Shown: positions 52,453 to 64,000 of the stretch, one piece after another
How positions within the stretch are numbered: the stretch's first letter is position 1
How the letters are laid out: each line of letters begins with the position of its first letter
Assembly: GCF_041956535.1 (NCBI RefSeq)
Contig: NW_027192210.1
Coordinates: forward strand, 514,662 to 578,661
Direction: 5' to 3'
DNA: 64,000 nt
Source of the DNA: Calcarisporiella thermophila CBS 279.70
Taxonomy: Eukaryota; Fungi; Calcarisporiellomycota
Made by a program: the position numbers and the translations under genes
Notes under the pieces: model-generated
The model's input: the letters and a program-made list of their open reading frames with translations, nothing else
Database searches by the model: none
What the model was told of the DNA's origin: nothing

Positions 52453-52996
52453 GGTTATGTTTTATTTTAGTTGATGAGAATTAAAAGGCCATTAAGAAGC
52501 TGTATTCGAATTTTTTTTTTCGTTGAGGTGAGAAGAGAGGCGTGGGTCACAAATTGTGTGAGGATTTTTTAATTTGGATATATTTTCATTTCACTATTTT
52601 TCAAGAGTGTGTGCATCGAAATCAATAAAATTTTGAAGGAGATAATGCGGAGAGATAGGATCAGTCCAGAGGCAGGCTCGCGCATTGAATTCGGTAGGTA
52701 CCCATGTCTCTTTATTTTTTGAAATACAAATAAGAGGAGCATAGAAAAGGGCGACATGGACGGCAACCAAAGGAATAAATCTTAACAAAATTGTACAAAA
52801 TGAACATATTAATGTTCGGCTAATTTAACTTCCCTCAAAGTTCACTAAAATACAGTTTCTGGGTTATGTTTCCACATCCTCGGTCTCTCTGGTACTGAAA
52901 TAAACTGATTTTCCCATGGAGAGCTCTACTTGCATATTTCTATGAACTTGACTGTCATACATCTCTCCAAGGCTTTGCTTTGGCTCTTCTCCCGGC

Positions 52997-53024
52997 CATG
53001 GGAATTAGTGTCCTAATTCCCATG
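52997..53024. repeat. Perfect 12-bp inverted repeat with 4-nt loop
   Basis: CATGGGAATTAG-TGTC-CTAATTCCCATG. Confidence 0.8.
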
Positions 53025-53689
53025 AGTTGACTAAAGTTTCGGTGGCGGTGCTCGGGGGCGTGAGCTGCGGTTTTGGCCTGTCTATTCCGTTTTCATGGAT
53101 GAGGTTGCGGGTAAACCCATGGAGACAAGCTAAAGAGATGAAGTTTTAAGTTTTAAGGAGTGTGGAAAATCGATGGCCACTTCAAATCTTAAACTATGAA
53201 AATGGACATGATGTTACTCCAAATAAAATAGAGTGTCTAGTGGTGACCGCTGGATTGAAGAATGAATTCAGCTACTGCAGAAGTAGCTAATAGTGAAAGG
53301 TGGGAAATTAAAAAGAAATCCCAATAAAAGGGAGGATATCAAGTCGAATATAGGATAAACGCGTTTCCATGATCGTGGTGAAGCATTTTTTTTTTATCAA
53401 AGTGCACAAATTCCAGCCAAATTCCTCTCACATTTCAGTTATCATTATAGTGTGCAATTTCGTTGAACCTCATACTATTTGCACTTGTGGCCTATATTTT
53501 GCAATCTGAAGCGTCCTCATTTATGTATCCCTATGAGTATCTCGGCCTATCCCCATAGCCCAGTCACAGATTTTGCGTCGTCAACAAAAGATTTTTCTGT
53601 CGTCTCGGCTCAGTGTTTGTTTCCTTGACGTTCCCTATTCCCCTCCCCCCTGTGCTTTGATCGCAAAAATCACACCATAAAATAGAAAA

Positions 53690-54750
53690 ATGGCCATTCT
53701 TGAGAAAGTTGCTAAATGGGCCATTCCCGTAGGAGCAGCTGTCAGTGCTGTCAACTATGCCATGTATGATGGTGAGTGTATTTTTCTCTTTTATTTAATA
53801 ATCAGATCGATGGAGCTTGGCGATCTAGCTAGCACTCAATTCAATTCTAATCCATGTTTTTATCCCCTCATTATTTTTTTTGTTGTCACTTATAGTGCAA
53901 GGTGGATACCGTGCTGTTATTTTCGACCGTATTCAGGGTGTTAAATCCGATGTAGTGTCGGAGGGTACCCACTTCCTTGTCCCCTGGTTGCAACGCGCTG
54001 TGCTCTTCGATGTGCGCACCAAGCCGCGCAACATCGCCACCAATACCTCGTCCAAAGATATGCAGCAGGTGACCCTCACCCTCCGTGTGCTCCACCGCCC
54101 GAACATCAAGAAACTGCCGCACATCTACCAGAATCTGGGTACAGATTACGATGAGAGAGTACTGCCCTCCATCGGCAATGAAGTACTTAAGAGCATTGTG
54201 GCACAATTCGATGCTAGTGAGTTGATCACGCAGCGTGAAGTGGTGCGTATCTTAAAATTCCCTTGGCTGAATACGAGAGAGCACCCGTTGGACGCTAACC
54301 ATTGTTTTCCCTCTTTGTTTTGCTTTCTGCCATCGGCATTTCCGCCCCCTTTAGATCTCGGCACGTATCCGTGAGGATCTCGTGAAGCGTGCACGCGAGT
54401 TCGATATCGAGTTTGAAGATGTCTCCATCACCCATATGACTTTCGGCCGTGAGTTCACGAATGCTGTAGAGCAGAAGCAGATTGCCCAGCAGGAGGCTGA
54501 GCGTGCACGTTACATTGTCGAGAAGGCAGAGCAGGAGAAGCAGGCCTCCGTCATCCGTGCTGAGGGTGAAGCTTTGGCTGCCGACACCATCTCTAAAGCT
54601 CTGGACAAGGCCGGCCAAGGTCTCATTGAGCTCCGCCGTATTGAGGCTTCCAAGGAGATTGCCTCCACCCTCGCCGCCTCCAGAAACGTCATGTATCTTC
54701 CAAGCAATAAGCAAGGTGGATCGAATTTGTTACTGAATGTGGCTCCTTAG
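53690..54750 (+). CDS. PHB1: Prohibitin-1
   Basis: MYD|[79 protein letters not shown]. Confidence 0.97.
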
Positions 54751-55806
54751 ATTGCATCTTTCTGCACAAAGTTGATGAAACAAAAAAAAAACTTTTTAAA
54801 ATATAATTAAAGTATTTTTATTAGAGAATTATTTCATTGCATGTTTCCCACCTTCATACTTCTGCTGGATCCAAATACTTTTAAAGCAGCAAAACTTTAA
54901 ATCACCACTGGCAAGGATGCAGAGCGCTCTCCCTTAAGTAAGCCTTGCCTAACAGCAACTTTTGGGCTTGTGACAACGAGTTTGAATCTTTGGCGCCAGC
55001 TTTATTTTTAACGATCGTAAAAAAAAAAACTAATGCACAAACTGGGTTTGATCACGCTTTCGAAGAAGAAGAGGAAGAACGCATAATAAAACTCCCTCCC
55101 ATTACATATATCCCTTGAGTATGTACCTTGGAGTTTGGATAGGGGCCATCCTCGTCCCAATGAGGCCACTTGCATGTACAGTATCTAGACACGACGCCCT
55201 GCATCAATCTCCTGTTCCATATAAATAAAGCCGACTAAAAAAACCACCGGAAAAGAAAAAATTTGTGTTGGTAGAGTGAGAGAGAAAGTGCATACGAACC
55301 GGCAGTCAACTCTATTCCGAATGTCTCTATTTAAGCAGCACCTAATCTCTCCTACTTGGTCTAACCTTGATTCTTTTCAAGTTCTCTGGGAGATATATAC
55401 CTGTATTTCGTTAGGCCTAGATTTGTACTAAGGGGGAAAGAGCAGGAAAGCAAAAAGAAAAAGATCTAAAGCCAGTATTTGAAATTATAAGAAGTGTAAG
55501 GAGTTTTGTGTTTCGAGTACTAAGAGTGTGTTTAATCCTGGTGTTTCGATATTTCATGGGTGACATAGTGTCGAGACACTTTCTACTTGGCTAAGCCTGA
55601 TTGTTCAGAAGATATGACGGTTTCCCAGGAGGTTTTCTGGGTGATATCGCGTTATTGTAGCCGATGCCGGGCGGCTTGGCCGTGCGGGTTCTTACAGCAG
55701 AGTGGACACGAGGTATACCAGGTATTGGTATGCGCTCATTGCAGAGGAGAGTTTCCAGGCCATATGGGATGGTGCTCGTGCCGGCATATTGGGGAACGAT
55801 AAGACT

Positions 55807-56039
55807 TGAGTCATTTTGTAAATAGCTTCTATGAGCTAATAAAGGGGAAAGCGCTATCGTGATAGCCTTTCATTGGGTTTGCAGAGTGTATTTCAACGTG
55901 ATTTAGAATTTAATAAACGTTGCATTCTCAGTGTTTCTAATTCCTCTGTAAAGTGATGACGCGTCAGACGGACTAGAGCCATGGTGGAAGTGGGTGACGT
56001 CTCCAAATCGTGAGAAACAAATTCTGCGGAGATGAGTCA
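55807..56039. promoter_or_regulatory. Two perfect Gcn4/CpcA sites (TGAGTCA) upstream of the branched-chain aminotransferase
   Basis: TGAGTCA at 55807-55813 and 56033-56039; TGACGCGTCA palindrome at 55957-55966. Confidence 0.6.
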
Positions 56040-56182
56040 AAGTAATTAGAGTTGACAAGTGTTCGGGGATAACACTCGCACCATCTCCCATCTCTTGTTT
56101 CCTTTGCTATTGATTCCTCCTCCCCTCTCTTTCACCCCCAACTCTCGCACTCAATCTTATCTTTCAAGCAAAGCACGAAACT

Positions 56183-57601
56183 ATGTTCACTCCCATCCTG
56201 CGTCGTGCGGTGCCGAGCCGCATGCTGCTCCAAAGGCAATACTCAGCTCGGAGTACATTCTCTGTAAGCCCGGCCTATTTAGCTCAGGAAGCCGTCTTAA
56301 CCTAATATCTTCCTCCCCTCCTCCTTTTCTTCTCCAATCCATCTCCCCATCCCCATATTTAGGCCAAGGATCTCAAAATCACCCCGACCTCCAACCCTAA
56401 GCCCCTTGTTCCAAACAATGAACTGGTGTTCGGACATACATTCACAGACCACATGCTGAGTGTGGAGTGGGCCGCCGGCAAAGGCTGGGCTGCACCCGAG
56501 ATCAAGGCCTATCAAAATTTAAGCTTGCAGCCATCGGCTGTTGTATTCCACTATGCCTTCGAGGTAAGGCACCCGTTACTACCGTGGCTGATGAGGCAGC
56601 ATGAAGTTGATGTTTTACTCGTGTTTGATCTCTGCTTATAGTGCTTTGAGGGCATGAAGGCCTACAAGGATAAGGAGGGGAGAGTGCGTCTCTTCCGCCC
56701 GGATATGAACATGAAGCGAATGAATTTCTCGGCGGAACGAATTGCACTCCCCACCTTTGACGGTGAAGAGTTGACAAACTGCATCAAACGGTTGGTGAAG
56801 CAAGATGCTCGATGGGTTCCGGACCAGAAGGGCTACTCTTTGTATATCAGACCCACTCTGATTGGAACACAGGAGACGTTGGGAGTCGCTCCGAGCGATA
56901 AGGCTTTGCTGTTTGTGATTTGCTGTCCCGTTGGCCCCTACTACAAGACCGGATTCAATGCGGTGAGTCTACGGGCCACCTCAGAGTACGTGCGCGCTTG
57001 GCCGGGAGGCACTGGTTACGCTAAGATCGGTGGCAATTACGCCCCGGGAATCAAACCACAGCGCGAGGCTACTGCACAAGGCTTCCAGCAGAACTTGTGG
57101 GTGTTTGGCCCTGATCAGCAGATCTGCGAGGTCGGAACCATGAATCTTTTCGCCTTCTGGGAAAATGAGCAGGGGGAGACGGAGCTGGTCACTCCTGAAC
57201 TCGACGGCACCATCCTACCAGGCGTCACCCGTGACTCCATTCTGCAGCTTGCGCGCGGCTGGGGTGAATTCAAGGTGACGGAGCGGCGTCTCACCATGCC
57301 CGAGGTGGTGCGCGCCGTGCAAGAAAAGCGCATGAAGGAGATGTTTGGGGCTGGAACAGCGTGTATCGTCAGCCCCATCAAGCATATCCAGTATGACGAC
57401 CTGGAGCTGAGCATTCCTCTGGACCCAAGCAATCCGCAGAGCCAAGCCGGCCCACTGACGAAGCGCATCAACGACACGATTCTCGCCATCCAGGTAACTT
57501 GATCCCAACGAGTTCGGATCTAGTGGAAAGGGTACTAACTTCACTCCTCCTTTTCACAGCATGGCGAGATCCCCCACGAGTGGTCGGTGGTGGTCGACTA
57601 A
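56183..57601 (+). CDS. BAT1: Mitochondrial branched-chain amino acid aminotransferase
   Basis: LVFGHTFTDHML, FHYAFE|CFEGMKAY, SLYIRPT, PLP lysine in AKIGGNYAP, EVGTMN, ILPGVTRDS, EMFGAGTA. Confidence 0.96.
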
Positions 57602-57991
57602 ACTCCCGCCGAATGTACTTTTACATACACAGCAACCTTTTCCCCTCCCTGCCTAGAATGTTGGAGTGTACTTTTGTGGACAAACCCAAGCTTTCATGCT
57701 CTGTGATCGCTTGAATCATCTTGAATAATCTTATATATGCTATACACTCTCCCGCTTATTAAAGTTGAGATGTCTTTTCCTTCAATAGAAGCCCTTTCCA
57801 TGGAATATGATTGAGTAATCCTGTCCCCCCTGTGCATCTGGGGGCTCAGTGATTTTCATATTAATTTGAGGCAACACAAGATTCTTTGGATTCTTAAATT
57901 GGGAAAAGTTCGATATTGATGGACCTTATATATTCAATGTTTTCTCATGTAGACTTTTGCAAACATCTGTGACTATTGCCTTGGAATTAAT

Positions 57992-59197
57992 ATGCTTATA
58001 CCCTTTTTAATTGCAGGCATTTCATTTCTCTTGTGTACGCGTTCCCTTTCTGGGACAATAGAGCAAAGAGATAACATGCTTCCGGTTAATGAATTGGTCA
58101 AGTTCGCTGCAGAGCAGTACACTAAGATCGCGTCGACTTTGCCACCGTCCGGCGACTATCCTTCTCTTGGAGTTCCAACCAATCCCACTTGGAAGACATC
58201 GAAGAAAGAGTGGACGGTGGGTTTCTATCCCGGTAGCTTGTGGCTAATCTTCGAGCATACCGGCGACGCAAAGTGGAGGCAATTAGCGGAGGCCTCACAA
58301 GAGGGCGTCAAAGCGTTTGAGAACAACACCCAAACGCATGACGTGGGATTCGTGATCATGAGCACCTACGGGAATGGCTACCGTTTGGTGCACAATAAAA
58401 GCTACGAGCGCGTGATAAAGAATGCGGCGAAGTCTCTGGCGACGCGATTCAAACCCAAGGTTGGATGCTTCCGCAGTTGGAATAATCGACCTGGTGATGG
58501 TGGGACGCCGGATGAGTTCAAGGTTATCGTTGACAACATGATGAACCTCGAGCTCATGTACACGGCCTCTATATTGACCGGCGATAGCAAATACAGGGAA
58601 ATGGCGGACTCACACGCTAGGCGTACGCTGAAGGAGCACTTTCGATCGGACGGGAGCTCCTACCACGTGGTTGCCTACAGTCAGACCACCGGGAAAGTGT
58701 TGCGGAAGTATACATGGCAAGGCTACGCGGATAGCTCCTGCTGGGGTCGAGGGCAGGCTTGGGCCCTCGCCGGATACACCATTTCCTATCGTTTCACGAA
58801 GGATCCCGCGTTTTTGCAGGTCGCGACCAAGGTGGCCGACTACTTTATCGATCATCTACCCGACGACGGTGTCCCATACTGGGACTTCAACGCGCCACTA
58901 GATGCCGGATATGTACCCCGAGACACCTCTGCTGCGGCGGTCGCTGCAAGCGGGCTCTTAGAGCTCTTCAACCACACGAATGAAAAGCGATACTTTGAAG
59001 CTGGCGAGAAAATGTTGATATCACTGGCCTCCTCCAAGTACCGAGCGGACGGCCGCCCAGAATACCGCATCCCGGCCATTCTTGTCAATGGTACCATCTT
59101 CTATAAACAGGGAATTTTCGATACCGCAACTCCCTATGGTGATTACTACTTTTTGCACGCCCTGGGCCTTTATCGGCGGCTGAAGGGCTCCGAATGA
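57992..59197 (+). CDS. Secreted GH88 unsaturated glucuronyl hydrolase
   Basis: WTVGFYPGSLW, THDVGF, VIVDNMMNLE, QGYADSSCWGRGQAW, PYWDF, RDTSAAA, YGDYYF; signal peptide; intronless. Confidence 0.92.
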   Translation: MLIPFLIAGISFLLCTRSLSGTIEQRDNMLPVNELVKFAAEQYTKIASTLPPSGDYPSLGVPTNPTWKTSKKEWTVGFYPGSLWLIFEHTGDAKWRQLAEASQEGVKAFENNTQTHDVGFVIMSTYGNGYRLVHNKSYERVIKNAAKSLATRFKPKVGCFRSWNNRPGDGGTPDEFKVIVDNMMNLELMYTASILTGDSKYREMADSHARRTLKEHFRSDGSSYHVVAYSQTTGKVLRKYTWQGYADSSCWGRGQAWALAGYTISYRFTKDPAFLQVATKVADYFIDHLPDDGVPYWDFNAPLDAGYVPRDTSAAAVAASGLLELFNHTNEKRYFEAGEKMLISLASSKYRADGRPEYRIPAILVNGTIFYKQGIFDTATPYGDYYFLHALGLYRRLKGSE

Positions 59198-59588
59198 CGT
59201 GTGTATATCTATATATGTTTTTTGTTTGTTTCTGTTCATAATTTATCTGGCTCCTTGTAAACTTGCGATGGTATCCAATCCCCGGCGACTACGCCGGTCA
59301 AAGTCTCCTTGATTGCATTTTCGCCTGAGTCCGCGCGGACATCTGAGGAAGAGAAATTAAAGGAATGTTTGGGATTCAAAACCTGTAGCTTCTTTTTTAA
59401 TTTCGCAGGATTCCATTGGGCGGACATATTGCTCCGAAATCATCGTTTTACATGCTTTCCGGCCGTCCGGTTTATTTTTATAGCATTCCTCGTTTGTCAA
59501 AGCGCGCGCGCGCGTTCCTTCCTCTTCCAACGCATTCCAATCTTTGGTCATTCACTAACGAATTTTCCGACGCATCCATTCTGCCATC

Positions 59589-60174
59589 ATGAAGCCTCTA
59601 ATGCTTGCTCTTACCGCCCTCTATGCCGCAAGTCTCGTATCTTGCCAGGCTGCCTGTCCCGCCAAAGTCAAGTGAGTCTCATCCCGCGTTTTGGGCTTTT
59701 CATCCGTTCTCTGCTGTCTCCCTCCCCCTCCAACACAACAGCTCATCATCCTTATTATCTTTTTTTCTTACCAACAGCTTTGACTCGTGCATTACCCGCG
59801 CAAGACAAATCTTTGAGAGCTGTGGACTGCAGGACTTCCCCTGCCGTTGCCAGCGCCAGAAGGAGCTCGCGCAATGCTACAATCTTTGCCCCAATGATCC
59901 TGGAAAGGGATCGGAGGAAGGCCAAGTGACCATTTGGTGCTCGTATGAGAAGCAATCCGCTTCGGCGGCTGTCCCTTCGGCATCTGCCGGAGTGTCCAGC
60001 GTCAGCGGCTCAGTGGTTCCGACGGGAGCCCTCCCGTCAGGGTCCGTGAAGCCTAGTATCTCTGGCTCTGGCGCGGCTTCAAGTCAGACTGTGAAGTCGG
60101 GTGCGGAGCGCATTGGTGTGTCTGTCGGTGCCGCTGGTGTAGCCCTTTTCGCGGCTGGGATGATGGGACTCTAG
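59589..60174 (+). CDS. Small GPI-anchored Cys-rich, Ser-rich cell-surface protein
   Basis: Signal peptide, 8-Cys domain (CPAKVN|FDSC...C..QDFPCRC...CYNLCPND...WC), Ser/Gly stalk, KSGAER plus hydrophobic GPI signal. Confidence 0.85.
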
Positions 60175-60467
60175 ATTGGATACACTCGGAGCCAACTGTA
60201 GTATCCATGAACGAAAGCATAATACTCACTCCCCATCCCCCTTTCCCTCTTCACCCTGCTCTAATGTCTTATTCTATATACACTCTGTTTTTCATTATTT
60301 CTCTCGTTTCTCTCTCTTAATCGCCCGTTAGCATCCAAATAAAAGCGGCCTTTGTAATATGGGTTTCCGAACCTAACCTAAAACACGGAAATCATGACTA
60401 GATTTTTAAGTTAACAAAATGTCACTTCTGGGCAAAAGGCATCGGTGCTGGTGTCGATTGCTTAATA

Positions 60468-61858
60468 ATGATCTCGCGGGCGTATCCCTTCGCGCGTTCG
60501 CTTGTAACTCGGCTCTCGCCGCAACGCTTGCATTATTCAACCATTAATACTGCCAAATCACCCCTTCACCCGATTGAAGATCCCGTTCATGCCGGCCCGC
60601 ATCTTGTCCGAATCCCGAATCGTGCCTTTCTCCAGCTCGAGGGTGCTGACAGCGTCAAATTCCTTCAGGGCCTGGTTACAAATCATATGCCGAAAATAGA
60701 AAACGGCGGCGCAGGCTTTTTTGCCGCCTTTTTGGCCCCCAATGTAAGGCTATCGGTCAAGCCATTTCATTGCGATGGATGGCGATCCTATTGTTATTAA
60801 TCCTGCGCTCCGATTCTCCTAGGGTCGCGTACTTAATGACGTCTTCATATACCCGAAAAATAAAGGTCTCACCTTCCCTCACCCCGTATTTCTTCTCGAG
60901 TGCGATTCCCGCTCTTTACCCCAGCTCCAGGCTCACCTCCGTAAGTACATTCTACGCTCCAAATTGAAACTCCAGCCTCTTGGCAGTGCCAGTGTGTGGA
61001 GTGTATGGGGGCCCGGTGTACCCGACATGAAGATTCCGAAAGCCATGGGAGGGGTGCCGGGAGGGGGTCTTGTGGTTAGAGAGAGGGGTTTTGAATTCGA
61101 GGTGGGGTTGTATGACACACGGGTGGAGGGAATGGGGCATCGAGTTGTCGTGTTGGAGGAGCAAGCAAGACCGGAACTTCCCAGCGAATTCACGGAGCTG
61201 GAGAGCGAGGAGTACACGCTTCGACGTTTATTGTTCGGAGTCCCCGAGGGCATTGATGATTTGGTTCCCGGGCAATCGCTCCCTCTCGAGTCGAATTTCG
61301 ACTACATGGGCGGGATTGACTTCCGGAAGGGATGCTATGTTGGCCAGGAGTTAACAATTAGAACCTATCACACGGGGGTGATTCGCAAGCGGATTGTGCC
61401 AGTGGCGCTCTATCGCGAAAATGAACCGTGAGTCTTCGAAGCTTATGGACTTTTGTTTTCTATTTGTGTATAGCCTTAACCTTATGCAGCGCTTCACCTA
61501 TTTTTACATTTACAAATGATCATTTGATGGCATTAATTTTTACATATCCATTCTCTTCTCTCCCTCTCTGACCAGATTTCCCACAGCACTCGCCGTCGAC
61601 CGCAAGGCAAACTTTTCCCTTCCAGTACCGGGGGCCGACATCCTCTCCACTCACTCGCGCCGTCCCATTGGAAAATTCTGCTCGTCCGCGCGCAATCTCG
61701 GGTTGGCACTGATGCGACTTGAGGCCATCGAACAGCAGCGTCAGGAGAAGGACGTGGTGTTCACGGTTCAGGCCGGAGATGGTAGCACGCTGCGTGTTGC
61801 TCCTTTTCCGCCGGGATGGTGGCCACGGACGGATGGGCAACCTCCAAGCAAGGAATAA
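60468..61858 (+). CDS. IBA57: Mitochondrial Fe-S assembly factor Iba57/Caf17 (GcvT-like)
   Basis: [60 protein letters not shown]. Confidence 0.95.
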
Positions 61859-62184
61859 AATAAAACAGTGCATAAACAATAAAATTTATTTTTTAAAACA
61901 GATATCCCTTTATCCAAGAGTCTGAGAATGAGATAGAGCGATAAAGGAATGAGAGGGAGGAGGGGGGGGAGGGTGCAGGATATAGAACCATCGATAACTT
62001 ATACACGGCCCCAATATCTTTTGTAGCAAACGCAAGTACGCTCATTTATATATATCTGCATCAAATGAAGTGTGATAAAGCAGAAACCTTGCTGAAACTA
62101 TAAAAGGAATACAATAATTACATGACCTCCTATCCTATAGCCGACTATTTGTGGGGGGGGGGGGGTTAGGGTGGCACCGCAGGA

Positions 62185-63327
62185 TTAGGGCTTAGGGGCG
62201 GCCTCTTCGGCGGCGGGAGCTTCGACCAGGGTCGGCTCGCTTTCGCTACGCAACCGCACGCCAAATGGCCGCCCGCGGTTCACCACCAAGAAGCTGGCCG
62301 CAAACCCGATCAGAAAAAGCAGGATCTGGGCCGATAACTCTACGTAAGTCCGCCATTGCGGGTTGAAGATGATCCGGTGCGACGGGTTGTCGTCTATCAG
62401 GTCCCAGAAGGAATTCAGCACCCCTCCATTCGCGACAAAATCAACCCCAATGATGGTGGCGGTGGCGCCCATGGCGGCGAGCCCGATCTGAAGCGCAAGC
62501 GGTTCATTGAAAGCGGCGACAAAGACACCCACAAGAGGGAACGCGGCAAGCACGAAGTAGCGTGCGGTGTTGGAGGTAATGACGTGGTCTTTACGCCACG
62601 ACATGAAGTGGAGCACGATGGCGAATCCACCAAGAGCTAGAGAAAGAGGAGAGGATTGGGCATGAGTACTTGCCAAATTAGACTCAATCGGCGGGGACAT
62701 CTCCCCAGCTGATCTCAACGATGCATATCATGGATCAGCCCAAGGCTCCCTCGTCGCCGAGAAGAGCCGCATATACTCACCGGGAATCAGCAATATCCCC
62801 ACGATCACCACGAACACGCATACTGCCGCACCCACGACCGCGAACGCCAGGCATACCCCCAGATAGACAGCAAACCGGTTCGGGTAACACTGCGGGGGCT
62901 CCGAATTGGCGAGGGCGATAAAGGCAATCAGGGCAAACGTGAAGAGGCCTACAAAAAACAGGGCAAGGTGATGGATGCGATAGGCTGCGAAGAGGAGTAA
63001 CAGGCCGATCAGCAGAAAAAGAGCAGAGAAGGTGGCATGAAGGGGATTAGTAGTGGGAATGCCCTCAGGGACGGTGGAGAGATCGTAGGGGTGGCGCGAG
63101 CCCCATCTTTGAAATGGCGAGAGGGGGTCCTCGCTCTCCCACCCATTTTCTTCCCATGAGGTACAGCATTCCGACCAGCAACTTAGCTTCCTATTGCTGC
63201 ATTCGCATAGGTCGCAGGTTGCACGGGCTATAAGGTCCCTGTGGGAGCTGCTTGAGGCGGGATTGGTGGACGGGGCAAGAATAAGGATTAAAAACGAGAA
63301 TGCGAGGGAAAAAGAGAGTAGACGCAT
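62185..63327 (-). CDS. Multi-pass membrane protein, TMEM198/TM7SF3 (DUF4203)-like
   Basis: Signal peptide, Cys-rich ectodomain, GLLLLFAAYRIH..LFFVG, AAMGATATIIGVDF; about seven hydrophobic segments; one intron. Confidence 0.75.
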
Positions 63328-64000
63328 GGGAAGGGAGAAATGGTCGAGCTTGAAAACAATGAATTGCGAATGAATTTCTCACCCAGGGGGCGGTTGAATT
63401 GGATACCGGCAGGGTGAATAAGAAGGGTTGGGAAGCGGGGAGCTTCCATATGCCGAGTTAACTATATATATCTCGCCGCTTACTGTCATGCAAGCCCTTA
63501 TTTCGCATGGATTTTAAGAATTTTTTTCGAGAAAATCTCAGTTAATAACGCTGGATTTGGTTAGGAATCTGTGGTCTTGGCCACTTTGCAGTGGGAATTG
63601 ATGGCAATAATCTAGATAGTTTGACCAAGGGGGGAGGGGAACAGCAGGCCGGATGCCCCCGCTGAAGAAGTTCAACGGGCCCACTGCGGCATCACAGCGG
63701 CTCCTGGAGAGTTCTTTTACCACGGCCACAGCTCTCTCCCGCTCTTGTTTATGACGACTTTCAAAGATCATACTGCCTCTAACTCAAGTGATTGCGGCAC
63801 TCTGGGAATAACTCATCCAGGAGGCCATTTGTAAATTCGAGTATGATTGCGATATATTGAGAGGTTGCGCCAAAGTATTTTTATAACTTAGCATCTTCGT
63901 AGGTAAAATCCAGGGCATACAATGAAGGACAGTAAAAACCTGATGAGTCACATCTCGCTATGTGACTTGCTTTAAGCATATGGGAGATTCCAAGGCTGAG

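Overview
Gene-dense eukaryotic DNA with short GT-AG introns (mostly about 45-110 nt). It comes from an early-diverging (non-Dikarya, probably Mucoromycota-like) fungus: fungal-type genes (DASH subunit Hsk3, Pcl cyclin, Sec14) sit beside genes absent from budding yeast (Twinkle, SCAI, CCDC6, CSN9/CSNAP, TPP2). About 29 protein-coding genes were reconstructed by hand. Several are missed or fragmented by the ORF track (RPS25, COPS9, HSK3, CCDC25, a spliced blue-copper protein). No rRNA, tRNA, CRISPR array or transposon was recognised. The most novel signal is a pair of paralogous intronless secreted precursors (13080-14015 +, 36174-37148 -). Both are built from the same ~52-aa Asn-rich module separated by Kex2-type KR sites, and one copy carries poly-His/Tyr tails; they are candidate Kex2-processed amyloid/surface-coat peptides. 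The first paralog lies next to a MATA-type HMG-box gene in AT-rich DNA, with HMG-type binding sites upstream and a perfect TTACCCGG dyad downstream, followed by a small amicyanin-like secreted copper protein. All family assignments come from motif recognition, not database searches.
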